Shown: in pieces, positions 59,748 through 64,000 of the stretch
Layout of the letters: each line of letters opens with the position of its first letter
Numbering within the stretch: the first letter of the stretch is position 1
Program-made: the position numbers and the translations under genes
The notes under the pieces: generated by a model
Database searches by the model: none
The model's input: only the letters and a program-made list of their open reading frames with translations
Told to the model about the DNA's origin: nothing
DNA from: Neophaeotheca triangularis
Lineage: Eukaryota
NCBI GenBank assembly: GCA_054600435.1
Contig: BAAIJX010000032.1
Location: 186,001 to 250,000, forward strand
Length of the DNA: 64,000 nucleotides
Direction: 5' to 3'

Positions 59748-60816
59748 ATGCTGAGACGCGATATCCGATGCGTTTTGCGATACCCCATTGTTTAGTTATT
59801 GCCCGTAATATCTGTGTAGTTCGTCCAGACACTATGTACATGACTTTGGCTCGGAACATCACACTACAGGCTAAGATAGGCCTGCGGGAGGCTCTGAGGT
59901 TGGAAAACCTGAGCGGCATCGGCGTAGCAGGGTGTCGATAAATGTTCAGCCGCGGTGGAACGCTGGGAGCTCTGCCACAGTACTGTTGTATATAGTAGGA
60001 CTAGGACTTTCGCTACTTTGCTGCTGAACTGGTGCTCCCGGTCTGATGGCCGCCGCCCTTTTGAACTCCAACAATTGTGTCTGAGATACTGTATATACCA
60101 AACCTTCTGTAGTAAGCGAGTAGTCCAACAGGATATCGCGCACTCGGTTTGAAGCGATATATTATTAACAAAATCCACGTAACGACTCATCAATCCTGCA
60201 GTGCAGTCTGCAGAGGCTTGGCTTCGGTCACCGACGAGTCCCTGGAGGCACTACCGCATCACAGCTGAGGTGTCTCCGCTACGACAACAACAAATACCTC
60301 ACCTCACCTCACTACTACTTCTTCTACTACTCCCGTATCTGGCACTACTACCATCTCCATTGCCATTGCCAACACTTTCCACTCCGCGCCATGGCACTGC
60401 TGGTCACGTACGTCTCAACACCGCCATCCTGATCCACCCCCGGTCCCACATCTAGCAGGCCGGCCGTCAAGCTCTCCACGCTGTCGCCGCTGCAAACCCG
60501 CCCCCTCCTCCGCCATCTCTCTTCACACCGCACTTCGCAAACCTCACGCGACCACTTGGCGCAACAACACTGACCACGTGCGATCAGCTGCCATTGACTG
60601 TCATTACTCGCCGCCGCATCTGCTGCTCGCGCTATCTGCTCGTCTAATCCGTCAACGCAATCCCCTGCTCACTCATCCTCACTTGCCGCCTTACTGCACC
60701 CTGGGCGGCGCATGACGTCTCTGTAGGCTGAATCCGTTGTAGCCATCTTCAGCCTGGAACTGCTCGCTAGTTTCTACCAACCTACTCCATAGCTGCGAGC
60801 TGAGACGCAATCCAAC

Positions 60817-63804
60817 ATGTTTTGGCGATTCGGCGGCTACGCCAACATATCTACGCTCGACAGTATTCTGGACAAGCCCGATGTCACTGTCGAAGAGCTA
60901 CTGGACGAGAGCGACCTGATTCAAGAGCTCAAGCAGCAGAACAGCAAGCTTATAGAGTTCCTTCGAGAAGAGACTGTGCTTAAGAAGTTGCTCGATTACG
61001 TTGTTGCGGACGCTCCTCCGGAAGAGTCAGTGGACAAGGCAAAGGCTGAGGGTAGTCATGAAGAGGAAGAAAAGGAAAAGGAGCGGGCCTCAGGCATAAG
61101 CTTCTTCGGCAAAGGGAAGGGGCGTGACAGGTCAAAATCAGCGACGAGCAAGCATGACGACGACGGCGAAACGGAGCAGGAGAAGCAGGAGGCGCAGCGC
61201 AAGAAGTACGCATATGTCGCCTGCGAAGTGCTCTCATCCGAAGTGTGGTCCATTACCGAGGCCATTCTGGATCAGCAAGATGCTTTGCGGGAGTTCTGGA
61301 ACTACATGCACAGGCCTGCGCCCCTGGATCCACTGAGAGCCGGCTACTTCACCAAAGTCAACGAGGCACTGCTCGACAAGAAGACTGAAGAAATGCTCGC
61401 ATTCTTCAAGTCTCTCGATGGCATCGTTCCGGCTATGCTGCAGCATGTGGATTGCCCGATGGTCATGGATCTACTACTGAAGATCATTTCCCTGGAGAAG
61501 CACGAGGGTGCCACGGGTATCGTCGACTGGCTGCAGGCACAGAACCTCATGCCTCTATTACTCGGATATCTCGGGGCAGAACACAACTCTGCAACCCAGA
61601 CATCAGCTGGCGACTTCCTAAAAGCTATCATCACCATCTCGGCAAATGCCACCACACAAGACCAATCGGTCATCGGACCAAACGAGCTTACTCGACAACT
61701 AGTGTCAGAGCCCTGCATCAAAACACTTATCAACGACATGCTGCGCGGAGGCAACCCGTTGACTGTCGGTGTCGGGATCATCATCGAGGTCATCAGAAAG
61801 AATAATTCGGATTACGATCCCGAAAGCCTAGTCGGTCCAGAGCCTAAAACTTCAGACCCAATCTACCTTGGTACTCTGCTGCGCGAATTTGCGAGCCATG
61901 TGCCAGCTTTCATGCATCTCATCCGATCTCCAAGCGCGAAGAAACCCGAGCTCAAGGCAGCATTTGGTCGCAAGATAGAGCCTTTGGGCTTCGATCGATT
62001 CAAAACGTGCGAACTGATGGCAGAGCTGCTTCACTGCAGTAACATGGGCCTGCTGAATGAGCGTGGTGCGGAAGAGGAGGCTCGAAAGCGCGACGCCGAA
62101 CGCGAGAGACTCAAGGCAGACGGGATACTAGCCACACCGAAAGCGCCAGGGACCCCGAGTCACGAAAACTCGCATGAAGAGTTTGGTAGCTCGGTGGATA
62201 GTCACGGTTTCCACCATGCCGAGAAGCCGAGTGATGAAGAGTACGAGGGCAACTCCAGAGACGGCAAGAAGCTAGAAGTGCAGAACACGAGCGATGAGGA
62301 TGGCTTCGAAAAGGTCACGGCGCCTTCTGACGATCTGCCTGACGAGGTAACATTCGATGACTTGGACGAGAAGGTCGAGAACAAGAACGTGGTGTCTCAG
62401 AGCACTACTGCTGTGGACATACCGAAGCCCCTTTCGCCGAACAAGGGAGACTCCACGACCAAATCGGCGACACACTTGGCCCCATCAACAACACAAACAG
62501 CAGCAGACTCGCCAACTTCCGCCGGCGTCACCGACCGTGTCAACAGCCTCGACATGGACGATGATACTGTGATGACTGAACTTGGGGAAGAGCCAGTCGA
62601 AAAGGGTAAGCAAACCTCGTCGCCTCTAACCCGAGAATTACCGATGGGCCCAGAACAGCCACTGAGCTTCCCCACAGATGAAGACGATCAGCCCACAGAG
62701 CTTGAGCGCGAGCTGTCCCGTCATGCAGAAGACACACCTGCACCGCTTTTTGCCGCGAAAAAAGAGCCTGCCGATCACTCCAATAGCTCCAACTCCTCCA
62801 CGGGGCTCAGTGAGGATCCCAGTGAGGACTTTTCCAACACTGATCAGAGCGTTGCGACCATACAAGGCGAAGAAAGATTGGCGTATGAGACCGATGCCGA
62901 TGGCAATCCTGTTGTTGGCGATCTTCTCAAGCTGCAATTCGTCGAGCATCAGGTCGTTCCGACGATACTTGTAAGACCATTATGACCCGTTTTGCAGATT
63001 CGGATTCGTCCATGACCGGGCATCGTTGCTAACTTCATGTAGGATTTCTTCTTCAGGTTTCCTTGGAACAACTTCCTACATAACGTGGTTTACGACGTTG
63101 TCCAACAGGTCTTCAACGGCACACTCGATCGGGGCTATAACCGGGCCCTTGCCTTTGACCTCTACAAGCCCGTGGCCGGCAAGAACGGCGAGTCTGCCGA
63201 ATCGCTAGGCTTGGGATCCTCCAAGGATATCACCGACCGTATACTCGATGGCCAAAAGGCCTCGGACCTGGCTCAAGCCGACCGTGGTATGCGATTGGGT
63301 TACATGGGTCACTTGACGCTTATCGCCGAAGAGGTCTGCAAGTTTGGCAACAGGCATCCCCCGGAAACGCTTGATCAAATCGTTCTGGACCGTGTCAACC
63401 GAGACGAATGGGTCCAATACGTCGAAGGCACCCTTACTGAGACCCGCGAGAAGGACAACGCTGTCTTGGGAGGCGTCAGACCCGAAAACGCCATGGGCGT
63501 GCGGCAGCAAGTCGGCATTGGCAGCCTGCAAAGTGGCTTCACGGCCAACACGTCAAGCGCCCTCTCCGACGCCGGCATCGCACCGCAGGATAGCCTCGCA
63601 ATGTCTGAAGGCACCGTTGGGCAATCGTCCTTTGAGATCAATTCTGGCAGCATGCTGAGTGGATTCGGCGACGGCGATGACGACGAAGAGATGGAAGATG
63701 AGCATGAACAAAAGGGTGGCCAACGCAGAGGCTCCGAAGGCGCGCTTTCGGAGGATGAACAGGTTGGTGAACTTTCGTTCGATGATGTTGATATGAACTA
63801 TTAA
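60817..63804 (+). CDS. SIT4/PP6 phosphatase-associated protein (SAPS family, Sap185/Sap190-like), ~971 aa; exons 60817-62970, 63043-63804
   Basis: MFWRFGGY...LEELLDE-type start (VEELLDESDLIQE), GYFTKVNE, PLGFDRFKTCELMAELLHCSNM, spliced IL|DFFFRFPWNNFLHNVVYD, and RLGYMGHLTLIAEEV. Confidence 0.94.
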
Positions 63805-64000
63805 CGGCACCCGCACCTTGCACGCCCTTTTGCGCTTTTTACTGCCCTCGGCACTCACGTACCTGCATAGTGGACCTTCATCAGATGAGGAGCAGTTTCG
63901 ATGCATGGGACGGCTTTTGTACGATTACCGGATGAGGGAAATCCCTATAGCATACATTTCTCTTCTTGTATAGTAGTACTCTTTCGAGGCTGCACTTGTT

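Overview
Gene-dense eukaryotic DNA from a filamentous ascomycete. It has short spliceosomal introns with CTRAC branch sites and a fungal-type ubiquitin sequence; a Dothideomycete origin is inferred, not proven. I reconstructed 18 protein-coding genes by hand, mostly with intron boundaries that restore the reading frame. In order: ING-family protein (cut by the left edge), Zn2Cys6 transcription factor, GDP-mannose pyrophosphorylase, small dsRBD-like protein, Dabb barrel protein, BRAP2/Etp1-type RING E3, 3-unit polyubiquitin, LaeA-like methyltransferase, cytochrome P450, S10 carboxypeptidase, GH81 glucanase, QDE-2-like Argonaute, YTH-domain protein, Hul5/UBE3C-type HECT E3, MFS transporter, Nup98-Nup96 precursor, an unknown low-complexity protein, an arrestin-fold protein, plus a SIT4-associated protein (19 loci counting the partial ING gene). 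I recognised no tRNA, rRNA, CRISPR array or intact transposon. The most interesting observations are an Argonaute directly upstream of a YTH (m6A-reader-fold) gene with a variant aromatic cage, an uncharacterised dsRBD-like + Cys4 protein, a GC-AG intron splitting the GH81 catalytic motif, an intron whose retention would yield a Nup98 precursor lacking most of Nup96, and synonymously saturated ubiquitin repeats. All family calls come from motif recognition without database searches.
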